This document shows, in pieces, positions 39,788 to 50,175 of a stretch of DNA of 64,000 nucleotides (position 1 is the stretch's first letter; every line of letters starts with the position of its first letter). Below the pieces are notes generated by a model. It had not been told where the DNA came from. It did not search any database and was given only the letters and a program-made list of their open reading frames with translations. The translations under genes and the position numbers were made by a program. Source of the DNA: an uncultured Gemmatimonadales bacterium (GTDB lineage: Bacteria; Gemmatimonadota; Gemmatimonadetes; Longimicrobiales; Longimicrobiaceae); assembly GCA_963716255.1 (NCBI GenBank), contig OY970303.1:672001-736000 (forward strand), given 5' to 3'.

Positions 39788-39809
39788 CCCTCACCCCGCC
39801 GAAACGAAC

Positions 39810-39848
39810 CGGCCCTGCACGCGTCGCCGTGCAGGGCCGTTCTGTTTT
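39810..39848 (+). terminator. Intrinsic terminator after TPR gene
   Basis: CGGCCCTGCACG/CGTGCAGGGCCG stem followed by TTCTGTTTT. Confidence 0.8.
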
Positions 39849-39882
39849 CGGGTCAGGCTGAAACCCGGACGCCTGCGCGATG

Positions 39883-40014
39883 CCCGCGTGAGGGATTCCG
39901 GCCCGAAGGGGCGAGACCGCGCGGCTGTTTGCGCGGGCTCGACTCCGTTACGCAGCGTTGTTTGCTGCGTTACGGAGCCGAAGCCCGACCCCGGCGCCAG
40001 CCGGGGGCACGCCC
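39883..40014 (+). repeat. Structured repeat family B copy 3
   Basis: Same conserved blocks as 35376-35506. Confidence 0.93.
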
Positions 40015-40039
40015 GGACCCCGCCCTGCAGGGATGTCGT

Positions 40040-40558
40040 TCAGCAGGTCTTCTTCGCCACCGTGTCCGCCATGACCCACCCGCGCTCGCCCCGCGCGAAC
40101 TCCAGCTGGAACTGCCTGTCGCACAGCACCGGCGGGATGAAATTGCTGGCGGTGACGGTGGAGGTCACGTGCATGGTGAGCCGGTCCGGGGAGCGGCTGG
40201 CGAGGTTGAGGTGCACGAACACGCCGTTCTTGGGGACCCAGCACGACATGCCCAGCTCCATCTCCAGGCAGTTGAAGGAGCTGTCCGGGACCGTGGCCAC
40301 GAACGGGCGGTCCACGGCGGCGGCGATCCGGTCGGTCTCCACGATCTCGCCGACGGCGCGCAGGCTCCCGCCCCGGAACGACTTGACGTCCAGCAGGAGC
40401 GGGCCCGTGCCGGCTCCCGGGGGCGCCGACCGGCGGGCGTCCCGCTCGGCGAAGCTCACCGTCTGGCGGACGACGTCCAGGTAGTCCGCCTCGGAAGGCG
40501 TCTCGGAGCCGCAGGCGGCCGCGAGCAGGAGAACGGACGTGAGGTGGAGCCTTTTCAT
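40040..40558 (-). CDS. Hypothetical lipoprotein
   Basis: MKRLHLTSVLLLAAAC lipobox; four further Cys residues. Confidence 0.8.
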   Translation of the reverse strand: MKRLHLTSVLLLAAACGSETPSEADYLDVVRQTVSFAERDARRSAPPGAGTGPLLLDVKSFRGGSLRAVGEIVETDRIAAAVDRPFVATVPDSSFNCLEMELGMSCWVPKNGVFVHLNLASRSPDRLTMHVTSTVTASNFIPPVLCDRQFQLEFARGERGWVMADTVAKKTC

Positions 40559-40683
40559 CGCGCGGGGAGCGGAGGTCGGGGGTCGCGTGCGCTGTCCATC
40601 TGCTTCGGCAGGAAGTACATTAGCGCCTGCCGAAGGGTCCGCGAAAGGCCCGCCACCGCCCGGAAACCGCCCCTGCTCCGTAT

Positions 40684-40959
40684 ATGAGACTCTGGAAGCT
40701 CACTCCCCGGCACGACTCCCTCTGGTGGTGCGTGGACGGCAAGGATCCCTGGCAGCCGCACCAGGACAAGGCGTTCGGCTTCGTGGTGCGCGCCGAGAGC
40801 GAGGAGGAGGCGCGCTGGCTGGCCCACGAGAGCGGCGGCGGCGAGAACGACTCGCTCCCCGGCGTGCGTCCCTGGGTGGAGGAGCAGTATTCCACCTGCG
40901 AGGAGCTTCCCGCCGAGGGGCGACGGGGGGTGGTGCTGGTCAACTTCCGCCACGCGTGA
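40684..40959 (+). CDS. Small acidic hypothetical protein
   Basis: 91 aa; DPWQPHQDKAFGFVVRAESEEEAR..PW..YSTCEEL; natural composition. Confidence 0.75.
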   Translation: MRLWKLTPRHDSLWWCVDGKDPWQPHQDKAFGFVVRAESEEEARWLAHESGGGENDSLPGVRPWVEEQYSTCEELPAEGRRGVVLVNFRHA

Positions 40960-40994
40960 GGGGTTCCTTCCAGAAGGATTCAACTGCAGGGTTC

Positions 40995-41135
40995 GGGCGT
41001 GCCCCCGGCTGTCGCCGGGGTCGGGCTTCGGCTCCGTAAGCCCGCAAACAACGCGGGCTAACGGAGTCGAGCCCCGCGAAACTGCCCGCGGCGATACTCG
41101 CGCCCCTTCAAACGGGCCGAAATCCCTCACGCGGG
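40995..41135 (-). repeat. Structured repeat family B copy 4 (reverse orientation, small insertions)
   Basis: GGGCGTGCCCCCGGC...CCCTCACGCGGG. Confidence 0.9.
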
Positions 41136-41304
41136 GCTCGCGCTGGCGTCCGCCGGCGTCCACTCCTCCGCGCTGCCGCGAAACTCCGCCGTCCATTCCT
41201 CCGTATCGCTTCCAGGTGCCGGAGATCCGGTGCCACGATGCCCTGAACGGGGACCGGCGCGAAGGCCGCGCCGGGTCTGCCCTTTCCGATCCACGGAGGA
41301 GACC

Positions 41305-41559
41305 ATGCTGGAGCAGCTGCACCGCACGCCCGAGGAGCGCCGCAAGACCGAGATCGTCCTGCACCTGGGCGTCATCGCTTTCGCGCTCTACAACTTCACC
41401 GAGCTGGCCGCGCTGCTGGGGCCCGCCCCGGTGCTTGCCGGGATCGTGACGGGCCTCGGCGGCTTCCTCTACTCGCAGTGGCTCCGCACCCGGTGGAACG
41501 ACGACCTCCGCCTGGTCCCGGTCCCCGTCGAACGCCCGCGCCGCCTCCAAGCGATGTAG
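41305..41559 (+). CDS. Small two-TM membrane protein
   Basis: GGAGG RBS, ATG 41305; MLEQLHRTPEE..., two hydrophobic segments. Confidence 0.75.
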   Translation: MLEQLHRTPEERRKTEIVLHLGVIAFALYNFTELAALLGPAPVLAGIVTGLGGFLYSQWLRTRWNDDLRLVPVPVERPRRLQAM

Positions 41560-41597
41560 CGGACTCCTCCCCCAGGCCCAAGCGGGTGGAGACGAAC

Positions 41598-41800
41598 AAC
41601 GGCGGAACGGCGCACCCATCAGCGCCGTTCCGCCGTTCGCCGTTTCCGTAGTACCCCCATCATCCTGTTCGGAGGGAGACTCGCCGGCAGTATGGCGAGG
41701 CTCCCTCCGGCGCAGGGAGACACCGGGGCAGTTTCCGGTGGCTCCCTGCGCCCGCGGAGGAGACCGGCGGGGCTGTTTCCGCCGGGCTCCGTAGCGGCCC
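41598..41800 (+). repeat. Structured repeat family A copy 3
   Basis: 16-bp hairpin 41598-41637; modules at 41676-41703, 41717-41744, 41760-41789. Confidence 0.9.
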
Positions 41801-41814
41801 CCTGCTACAATCTC

Positions 41815-44427
41815 TTAAAACTCGTACTTGACGCGCAGCAGCGCCATGCGCCCGATGAACGGCGCGCCCGGGAAGCTCCGGTGCTCCTCGTCCAGCAGGT
41901 TCTGCACGCTCAGCTGGACGGTGGCGCCGGAGAACCGCGGCAGAGTGTAGCCCAGGTTCAGGTCCAGCAGCGTGGCGTCGTCCACGCAGTCCTCGGCGAG
42001 CGGGGCGGTGGCGAAGTCGCCGCCCAGGCACTTGGTGCCGATGTACACGCCCGAGTTCACCGGGAACCCGGCGTTGTAGCGCACGCGCGCCTCGCCGTTG
42101 AAGCCCCAGCCGTCGTTGCGGTAGAGGAGCGCCATGCTCCCCTTCCGCTTGGGCGCGTTCAGCGTCACCAGCCCGGCGTTGCTGCTCTGGAAGCGGTCCT
42201 TGTTGACGAACGAGGCGTTGGCCGAGAGCGACCACTGGTCGGTGAGCAGCGCCGTGGCCGAGAGGTCGGAGCCCCACAGCTCGATGGTCTCGTCCACGTT
42301 GGTGTAGGTGACCAGCAGCTGCCCGCCGTTGGCGTTGACGTCCGCCGAGGAGACCACCCCCACCGGCACCGACGCCAGGTTGGGCGTGAGCTGCTGCGCG
42401 GTGGCGGCGGCCTGCGCCTGCGCCTGCGCGAGCGGGAGGCCGGCCGCCTGGAAGAAGGGGACGAGCCGCGGCACCAGGTACGCTCCCACCTGCGGGCCGT
42501 TGAGGAGCAGGAGCGGCGTCTGGATGGTGAGCGGGGTGACCAGGTTCTCCTTCTGCGACCACCACAGGTCGGCCGCCAGGAGCAGCTTGCCGCCCAGGAT
42601 CCCCTTGTAGCCCGCCTCCAGGGTGTTGGAGCCGGACTCGCGGATGGGATCGACGTCGGGGAGGTCGAGCTCCGAGAGCGGGTGCGGGGTGTTCCCCTGC
42701 CCCACCACGCTCAGGTAGTTGGTCCCGATGTCGGTGCCGGTGGGGCGCAGCCCGCTCAGGTACGTGACCAGCGCCGCCGGGAGCGGCTGCCCGCGCGCGG
42801 CGGCCCCCTGCGCCACCGCGCCCACCGCCGCCGCCCAGTACGCCGCCGCGTTGGCGGGGACCAGGGTCTGCGGGGCGCCGGGGGTGAAGGGCGAGCGCAT
42901 GAGGTAGCTGCCGTCCGCCTGGCGGAAGCGGAAGCCGGTGTCGCCGGTGCCCTGCACGCGCAGGCTGTAGCCCAGCTGCGCCAGCTGCAGGTTGGGGATG
43001 GAGGAGCCCAGGTCCAGGAACTGGTTGAGGGAGCTGGGGGTGGAGAAGGCGCGGTTGAAGGAGACGCGGAAGGCCTGGTTCTCGGCGGGCTTGAACACCA
43101 GCGCCGCGCGCGGGGAGAAGAGCGGCTCCGGGAGCGCGGAGTGGGTGTCCACCCGTCCGGCGAGCACCAGGTCCAGCATGGACGAGATGGCCGTCTCGGA
43201 CTGGAGGTAGGCGCCGAACTCGTTGGTCTCGTCGTCGTCCTCGTACAGGCCGTTGATGGTGCCGTTGGTGACCGGGGTGGTCAGCGTGTAGTCGGCGCCG
43301 TAGGTGAAGTTCTGCCGCTCGCCCAGCCGCATGCCGTGCTGCAGCTGCCCCACCAGAAGCCTGGACTGGTCCTGGATGGGGGCGCCGTTGCGGAGCAGGT
43401 AGGTGTCGCCGGCGTCGCTGGTGTTGAGGTAGACCTGCGCGAACAGCCGGTTCCAGTTGGTGCGCAGCTGGTAGTAGGTGTAGCGCCAGTCCCTGACCTG
43501 CGCGGCGCCCAGGCCGGTCAGCTCCACGCCGCTCACCGAGTTGGTGGTGCCCACCGAGGCGATGGCCGTCAGGTCCGGCCGCACGCGCCAGTCGGCGCGC
43601 GCCTCGCCGCTCCAGCGCTCCACGTCGTTGTCGCGCAGCCCGATGCGGTCGATGCGCGCCTGGGCTTCCGGCTGGTCGATCCCCACGGCGCGCATCAGGT
43701 CGGCGCGGTAGAACGGCAGGTTGGAGGCGAACTTGGTCACCTCCGCCGTTTCGGCGGGATCGGTGTAGCCCCACTCGGTGCCGCGCAGGTACTGGCCGGA
43801 CACCTTGAACCCGAAGTCCTCGCCCAGCAGGTGCGAGGTGCGGAAGGTGCCGTGGAACACGTCGCGCTCGCCGCCCGCCACGGTCAGGCTGTTCCCCTGG
43901 TACTCCAGCGGGGAGCGGGTGATCATGTGCAGGATGCCGTTGGCCGTGTTGGGGCCGTAGAGCGCCGCCCCCGGCCCGAGCACCACCTCCATGCGCTGCA
44001 GGTCCTCGTTGTTGCTGGGGACGAAGTGCAGCAGGTTGACGCGCAGCGAGGGGACGCCGGCGATGCGGTTGTCGGTGAGGGCGTGCAGCGAGCCGGAGAA
44101 GATGTTGTTGAAGCCGCGCGCCACCACGTTGGACGACTGGAGCCCGGTGCTCGCGATGTCCACGCCGGGGACGGAGCGCAGGTGCTCGGTGGCGCTGACG
44201 GCGGGGCGCTCGTCGATGGCGCGCTCCCCCACCACCTCCACCCGGGCCGGCGCGTTCAGCGCCTTTTCCGGGCGCTTGGACGCCGAGACCACGATGGGAT
44301 CCAGCTCCACCCCCTTGAGGGTGTCCTGCGCCGCCGTCTGTGGGCGCTCCTGCGCGCCCGCCTGCGGCACGGCACAGAGGGCGACCACGACCGCGGAAAC
44401 GACGCTGCCTGCACGGCGACTGCGCAT
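41815..44427 (-). CDS. TonB-dependent outer-membrane receptor
   Basis: GGAGG RBS; signal peptide, TonB box (DPIVVSA), plug (EVVLGPGAALYG), VQNLLD, C-terminal VKYEF. Confidence 0.95.
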   Translation of the reverse strand: MRSRRAGSVVSAVVVALCAVPQAGAQERPQTAAQDTLKGVELDPIVVSASKRPEKALNAPARVEVVGERAIDERPAVSATEHLRSVPGVDIASTGLQSSNVVARGFNNIFSGSLHALTDNRIAGVPSLRVNLLHFVPSNNEDLQRMEVVLGPGAALYGPNTANGILHMITRSPLEYQGNSLTVAGGERDVFHGTFRTSHLLGEDFGFKVSGQYLRGTEWGYTDPAETAEVTKFASNLPFYRADLMRAVGIDQPEAQARIDRIGLRDNDVERWSGEARADWRVRPDLTAIASVGTTNSVSGVELTGLGAAQVRDWRYTYYQLRTNWNRLFAQVYLNTSDAGDTYLLRNGAPIQDQSRLLVGQLQHGMRLGERQNFTYGADYTLTTPVTNGTINGLYEDDDETNEFGAYLQSETAISSMLDLVLAGRVDTHSALPEPLFSPRAALVFKPAENQAFRVSFNRAFSTPSSLNQFLDLGSSIPNLQLAQLGYSLRVQGTGDTGFRFRQADGSYLMRSPFTPGAPQTLVPANAAAYWAAAVGAVAQGAAARGQPLPAALVTYLSGLRPTGTDIGTNYLSVVGQGNTPHPLSELDLPDVDPIRESGSNTLEAGYKGILGGKLLLAADLWWSQKENLVTPLTIQTPLLLLNGPQVGAYLVPRLVPFFQAAGLPLAQAQAQAAATAQQLTPNLASVPVGVVSSADVNANGGQLLVTYTNVDETIELWGSDLSATALLTDQWSLSANASFVNKDRFQSSNAGLVTLNAPKRKGSMALLYRNDGWGFNGEARVRYNAGFPVNSGVYIGTKCLGGDFATAPLAEDCVDDATLLDLNLGYTLPRFSGATVQLSVQNLLDEEHRSFPGAPFIGRMALLRVKYEF

Positions 44428-44619
44428 GCACACCTCCGGATGGGGGATGGGGACCGGACTTCGGTGGGACTGCCAGGGAGTATCGGCCGGCGCGGACGCG
44501 CCGAGGTGCGGCTGCGGTCCCATCCCGCCCGCGGGGAGCTGGGGGCGGCGGAGCTACGGGGACCGTGGGAACGATGAATGGTACGATACGGCCGGAGGCG
44601 GCCGGCGGGCAAGGACTTC

Positions 44620-44656
44620 GAACGGCAGGGGACAGGGGACAGCCTGCAACGGCGAC
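44620..44656 (+). repeat. Short repeat family D copy
   Basis: GAACGGCA GGGGACA GGGGACA GCCTGCAACGGCGAC. Confidence 0.8.
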
Positions 44657-44747
44657 CCCCTCCCCCGGCCCCTCCCCGCAAGGGGGAGGGGAGAACGACA
44701 CGACGCACATGGGGGTCAGGAAGCCCTCCCCCAGAATTGGGGGAGGG
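44657..44747. repeat. Two REP-like C/G-tract palindromes
   Basis: CCCCTCCCC-GCAAG-GGGGAGGGG (44669-44691) and CCCTCCCCCA-GAAT-TGGGGGAGGG (44724-44747). Confidence 0.65.
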
Positions 44748-44798
44748 TGGCGAGCCTAAGCGAGCCGGGTGGGGGCCCCCGCGGACGCTAGCGCAAAA

Positions 44799-44929
44799 CC
44801 CGCGTGAGGGATTTTGGCCCGAAGGGGCGAGACCCGGCGCAGTCTGCCGGGGCTCGACTCCGTAAGCCCGCGTCGTTTGCGGGCTTACGGAGCCGAAGCC
44901 CGACCCCGGCGCCAGCCGGGGGCACGCCC
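44799..44929 (+). repeat. Structured repeat family B copy 5
   Basis: Same conserved blocks; 5' extension GCGGACGC shared with copies 1, 3 and 4. Confidence 0.93.
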
Positions 44930-44951
44930 GAACCCGCCGTCGCCGTCCGTC

Positions 44952-46007
<1,056 letters not shown>

Positions 46008-46084
46008 TCTAAGACCGTGGTGGTGGTTATTGTTTACGCGGACGCGGCTACGGGGCCCGTACGCGCATGGAGGCGGCGGGCCGC

Positions 46085-47221
46085 CTAGCGGTACAGATCC
46101 TTCGCGATGACTACCCTCTGAATCTCGCTCGTGCCTTCGTAGATCTCCGTCACCTTGGCGTCGCGGAACAGCTTCTCCACCGGGTACTCCTTGACGTAGC
46201 CGTACCCGCCGAACACCTGCACCGCCTGCGTGGTCACGAACATGGCCGCCTCGGAGGCGAACAGCTTGGCCATGGAGGCCAGCCGCGTGACCGGCTCGCC
46301 GGCGTCCTTGGCGGCCGCGGCGCGGTACAGGAGCCCTCGCGCCGCCTCGATCCGAGTCGCCATGTCGGCGAGCTTGAACTGCATTCCCTGGAAGTCGCGG
46401 ATGGCGGTGCCGAACTGCCTGCGCTCCGCCGCGTACGCGAGGGCGTGCTCCAGCGCCGCCTGCGCGATGCCGATGGCGAGCGCCGCGATCCCCATGCGCC
46501 CGTTGTCCAGCCCCTGGAGCGCGTAGATGAACCCCTGCGACGGGTCGCCGAGCAGCTGGTCGTCGGGGACGAACAGGTCGTGGAAGGCGATTCCCACCGT
46601 CTCGGAGGCCCGCTGCCCCATCTTGTCCTCCTTCTTGCCCACGACGTAGCCCTCGGCGTCGGTGCGCAGGAGGAAGGCGCCGATCCCCTTGGCCCCCCTG
46701 CGGTCGCCGGGGGTGTCGGTGCGGGCCATGGCGACGACCACGTCGCCGAAGCCCCCGTTGGTGATCCACGCCTTGGAGCCGTTGAGCACCCAGCCCCCGT
46801 CGGCCTTCACCGCCTGCGCGGCCATCCCCGCCGCGTCCGAGCCGGCGTCCGCCTCGGAGAGGGCGAAGCCGCCCAGCCACTCGCCGCGGGCCATGGGGCG
46901 GAGGAAGCGCTCCTTCTGCTCCTCGCTTCCCCGGGCAAGGATCATCTGGGTGGGGAGCGAGTTGTGGACGCTCATCGCCACCGCCACCGACGAGTCGCCC
47001 CAGGCGATCTGCTCCAGCGCCAGCAGGTACGACATCGTGTCCAGCTCCAGCCCGTCCCACGCCTCCGGGAGCAGCATCCCCAGGAAGCCCAGCTCCCCCA
47101 GCTTGGCGATCACCTCGCGGGGGAGGTGCGCCTCCCGGTCCCACTCCTCGGCGTGCGGCCGCAGCTCGCCCTCGGCGAACTCGCGCGCCAGGTCGCGTAT
47201 CTGTAGTTGTTCGGGCGTCAT
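46085..47221 (-). CDS. Acyl-CoA dehydrogenase (short/branched-chain type)
   Basis: [41 protein letters not shown]. Confidence 0.96.
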   Translation of the reverse strand: MTPEQLQIRDLAREFAEGELRPHAEEWDREAHLPREVIAKLGELGFLGMLLPEAWDGLELDTMSYLLALEQIAWGDSSVAVAMSVHNSLPTQMILARGSEEQKERFLRPMARGEWLGGFALSEADAGSDAAGMAAQAVKADGGWVLNGSKAWITNGGFGDVVVAMARTDTPGDRRGAKGIGAFLLRTDAEGYVVGKKEDKMGQRASETVGIAFHDLFVPDDQLLGDPSQGFIYALQGLDNGRMGIAALAIGIAQAALEHALAYAAERRQFGTAIRDFQGMQFKLADMATRIEAARGLLYRAAAAKDAGEPVTRLASMAKLFASEAAMFVTTQAVQVFGGYGYVKEYPVEKLFRDAKVTEIYEGTSEIQRVVIAKDLYR

Positions 47222-47293
47222 CCCGTTACATCGGCTCGCATGGAAGGGCCGCCGCGCCAGCCGCGGCCCGAAGGCATTGTACCGCGATGGTAC

Positions 47294-47334
47294 AAAAAGG
47301 AGCGGCGGCGGACCGCGGGACGCGGCCGCCGCCG
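47294..47334 (-). terminator. Putative intrinsic terminator after the hydroxyacyl-CoA dehydrogenase gene
   Basis: CGGCGGCGG..CCGCCGCCG stem followed on the minus strand by CTCCTTTTT. Confidence 0.65.
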
Positions 47335-47338
47335 GGGC

Positions 47339-48193
47339 TCAGTACGCGTAGAACCCCTCGCCGGTCTTGCGGCCCAGCTTGCCGGCGGCCACGTACTTCC
47401 GCAGCAGCGGGCACGGGCGGTACTTGTCGTCGCCCAGGCCGTCGTGCAGCACCTGCATGATCGCCAGGCAGGTGTCCAGCCCGATGAGGTCGGCAAGCGC
47501 CAGCGGCCCCATGGGGTGGTTCATCCCCAGCTTCATGACCGTGTCGATGGCCTCCCGGTCCGCCACGCCCTCCATGAGGCAGAACACCGCCTCGTTGATC
47601 ATGGGCATGAGGATGCGGTTGGCAACGAAGCCCGGGTAGTCGGCGGCCTCGGCGACCGTCTTTCCCAGCTTCTCGGAGGTTGCGACCACCGTCCGCGCGG
47701 TCTCGTCCGAGGTGGCGAGGCCGCGGATGATCTCCACCAGCTTCATGACCGGCACCGGGTTCATGAAGTGCATCCCGATCACCCGGTCGGCACGCTTCGT
47801 CTGCGCGGCGATCTCGGTGATGGAGATGGAGGAGGTGTTGCTCGCCAGGATGGCGTGCTCGGGCGCGGCCTCGTCCATCGCCCGGAAGATGCGGAACTTG
47901 AGGTCGCGGTTCTCGGTGGCGGCCTCCACCACCAGGTCGGCGCCCGCGACGCCCTGCGCCGGGTCGGTCGCCGTGGCGATGCGGTCCAGCGCGGCGGCCT
48001 TTTCGTCCTCGGTGTACGCGCCCTTCTTGATCTGCCGGTCCATGTTGCCGGAGATGACGGACCGTGCCCGCTCCAGCGCGTCGGCCGCGACGTCCACCAT
48101 GGTGACGTCGTAGCCGTTCTGCGCGAACACGTGGACGATGCCGTTGCCCATCGTCCCCGCCCCGATCACCGCCACCCTGCTGATCTCAGCCAT
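47339..48193 (-). CDS. hbd: 3-hydroxybutyryl-CoA dehydrogenase
   Basis: [32 protein letters not shown]. Confidence 0.94.
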   Translation of the reverse strand: MAEISRVAVIGAGTMGNGIVHVFAQNGYDVTMVDVAADALERARSVISGNMDRQIKKGAYTEDEKAAALDRIATATDPAQGVAGADLVVEAATENRDLKFRIFRAMDEAAPEHAILASNTSSISITEIAAQTKRADRVIGMHFMNPVPVMKLVEIIRGLATSDETARTVVATSEKLGKTVAEAADYPGFVANRILMPMINEAVFCLMEGVADREAIDTVMKLGMNHPMGPLALADLIGLDTCLAIMQVLHDGLGDDKYRPCPLLRKYVAAGKLGRKTGEGFYAY

Positions 48194-48220
48194 GGTAAGT
48201 CGCCGTGGAAAGCGTTGTCG

Positions 48221-48589
48221 TCATCCTAGCAGCAGCCACCCGGCAAAGTAGATCCCCACCAGGATCCCGCCGGTGGCGACGAGCCACAGGTCCAGCCTCT
48301 CCCCCGCCCCGGCCCGCTCCGCGTGCCGCCGGGCATCCACCGCGCCGTGCACGGAGCCGGCGTCCACCACGTCGCGGAAGCCCACCCCGCGCCTGCCGAG
48401 GCGCGCCGTCGCCCCGAAGAGCACGGCCATCACCCCGGCCGTCCACACCGTCAACAGCCAGGCGCGCTCGCGCTCGGGCCCCGTACGCAGCCCGATGGCC
48501 TCGTACGGCAGCAGGAGCGCGGCGGCCACGGCGACCGCGGCCGCCACGCCCACGGCCCATCCCCAGAAGCGCAGCGCGCGCCCCCTCAC
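48221..48589 (-). CDS. Hypothetical membrane protein (about 3 TMs)
   Basis: C-terminal part of ORF 48221..49501; GTGA overlap with upstream stop; hydrophobic segments. Confidence 0.65.
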   Translation of the reverse strand: MRGRALRFWGWAVGVAAAVAVAAALLLPYEAIGLRTGPERERAWLLTVWTAGVMAVLFGATARLGRRGVGFRDVVDAGSVHGAVDARRHAERAGAGERLDLWLVATGGILVGIYFAGWLLLG

Positions 48590-49572
48590 GACCACCGCTC
48601 GCACGGCGCGGCCCCGTGGTGATCCCCTTCCGCTCCCGGGAAGGGGTCGGGGACGGGGGTGTCGTCCACCAGCGGGCCCAGCCTGCGCACGTCGGGCGAC
48701 TCGCGCAGCCGGGGCGTACGCACCAGCCATGCCGTGCCGGCCGCGAGCACCAGCGTGGCGGCGAGCCCGGCCTCGGGGCCGAAGGCGCCGCCGGTCCACC
48801 AGTCGGGCCCGGTCTCCATCCCGGTGTACAGCGGGGTGTCGATCTCCAGCCCGCTCACCGGCAGGTCGAGCAGGGTGGCCATGGTCCAGTTCCACCCCAG
48901 GTGCACCGCCGTGACGAACCACAGCGAGCGGGTGCGCAGGTACGCCGCCGACAGCATCAGCCCGGCCAGGAAGATGTTGGCCAGCCCCAGCGCGCGGACG
49001 TTGGGGTTCCCGGCGTGCGCCGCCGCGAAGAGCAGCGACAGGACCACCGCCGCCGGCCAGGCCCCCATTCCGCGCTCCAGCACCTGGAAGGGGTAGCCGC
49101 GGAAGAGCACCTCCTCCAGCGCCGCGGCCACGGCGAAGAAGGCCAGCGACCGCAGCGCGAACCCCAGGTAGCCCGGGAGCGTCCCCGCGTCGGGGATCCA
49201 CCTCGCGCCGCCCGTCACGGCCACCAGCAGCACCGCCGCGCCCAGGAGCGCCGCCCCGACCCCCATCCCCGTCCCGCTCTCGCCCACGGCGGCACGGCCC
49301 GGCGCGAAGCCCATCGCGCCGAACGGGCGGCGCTCCACCCCGCGCATCATCACCCACCCCGCGACGAGCGAAGCCAGCAGCGAGGCGGCCGTGGGCCCGA
49401 AGCTCAGCCCGTCGTCCCCCCCGAGCCCGAGCAGGCCCACCGCCCTCAGCAGGGTCGCCGACAGGGCCATGAACAGGACGGCGTACGCCGCCAGCCTCCA
49501 CACCGCGCCCCAGAGGCGGAGCAGAACGCCGCCCCGGCCGTCGCGGCGCGCTTCCGGGGGCGGGGTTTCCAC
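48586..49572 (-). CDS. CPBP (Abi/CAAX) family intramembrane metalloprotease
   Basis: EEVLFRG, FAAAH, HLGWN, GGAFGPE. Confidence 0.92.
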   Translation of the reverse strand: METPPPEARRDGRGGVLLRLWGAVWRLAAYAVLFMALSATLLRAVGLLGLGGDDGLSFGPTAASLLASLVAGWVMMRGVERRPFGAMGFAPGRAAVGESGTGMGVGAALLGAAVLLVAVTGGARWIPDAGTLPGYLGFALRSLAFFAVAAALEEVLFRGYPFQVLERGMGAWPAAVVLSLLFAAAHAGNPNVRALGLANIFLAGLMLSAAYLRTRSLWFVTAVHLGWNWTMATLLDLPVSGLEIDTPLYTGMETGPDWWTGGAFGPEAGLAATLVLAAGTAWLVRTPRLRESPDVRRLGPLVDDTPVPDPFPGAEGDHHGAAPCERWS

Positions 49573-49585
49573 GCGGAAGCGCCCT

Positions 49586-50158
49586 TCAGCTTCCGAAGAG
49601 CCGGAGGGCGCGTCCGCGGACGCGGTTCATCACCAGGACCACCATGAGGACCTTGACCAGGTCGGCGAGGACGAAGGGGCGCAGCCCCATCGCCACCGCC
49701 GTGTCCACGCTCCCCACCACCGCCAGCCACGCCAGCCCGCCGGCGTAGATGGCCGCCAGCGCGGCCACCAGGCCGGGGAGCGCGCGCAGGCCGCCGGAGC
49801 GCCCCAGCGCGCCGGCCAGGAACGCCGCGGCCGGGTACGCCATGAGGTAGCCGCCGGTGGGCCCCAGCAGGTACGCGGCGCCGCCGCCGGCCGCGAACAC
49901 GGGGAGCCCGGCGATGCCCGCGGCGAGATATGCCACCTGGCTCGCGGCGCCCAGGCGCGCGCCCAGCACCGCGCCGGCCAGCAGCACGAACAGCGGCTGG
50001 AGCGTGAACGGCACCGGCGTCCCCGGGAGCGGGATCGCCAGCCGCGCCCCGAAGGCGGTGGCGGCGGCGAACGCCAGGGTGCCGATCACCCGGCGGAGCG
50101 TGAGGGAGGGGACGACCTCGCGGCCGCCCAGCGCAAGCGTGTTCCGAAGCGTGCTCAT
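49586..50158 (-). CDS. bioY: Biotin ECF S-component BioY
   Basis: PVPFTLQ, GLPVFAAG, GPTGGYL, ADLVK. Confidence 0.93.
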   Translation of the reverse strand: MSTLRNTLALGGREVVPSLTLRRVIGTLAFAAATAFGARLAIPLPGTPVPFTLQPLFVLLAGAVLGARLGAASQVAYLAAGIAGLPVFAAGGGAAYLLGPTGGYLMAYPAAAFLAGALGRSGGLRALPGLVAALAAIYAGGLAWLAVVGSVDTAVAMGLRPFVLADLVKVLMVVLVMNRVRGRALRLFGS

Positions 50159-50175
50159 CTTTGTCTCGCTCGGGG

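Noticed and set aside
44428..44620. Cobalamin or TPP riboswitch upstream of the TonB receptor
   Set aside because: No recognisable B12-box or TPP core motifs by eye.
34827..44951. Families A/B as integron attC sites
   Set aside because: No consistent RYYYAAC/GTTRRRY ends, multi-arm fold, mixed gene orientations, no integrase, and copies also follow core genes such as recJ.
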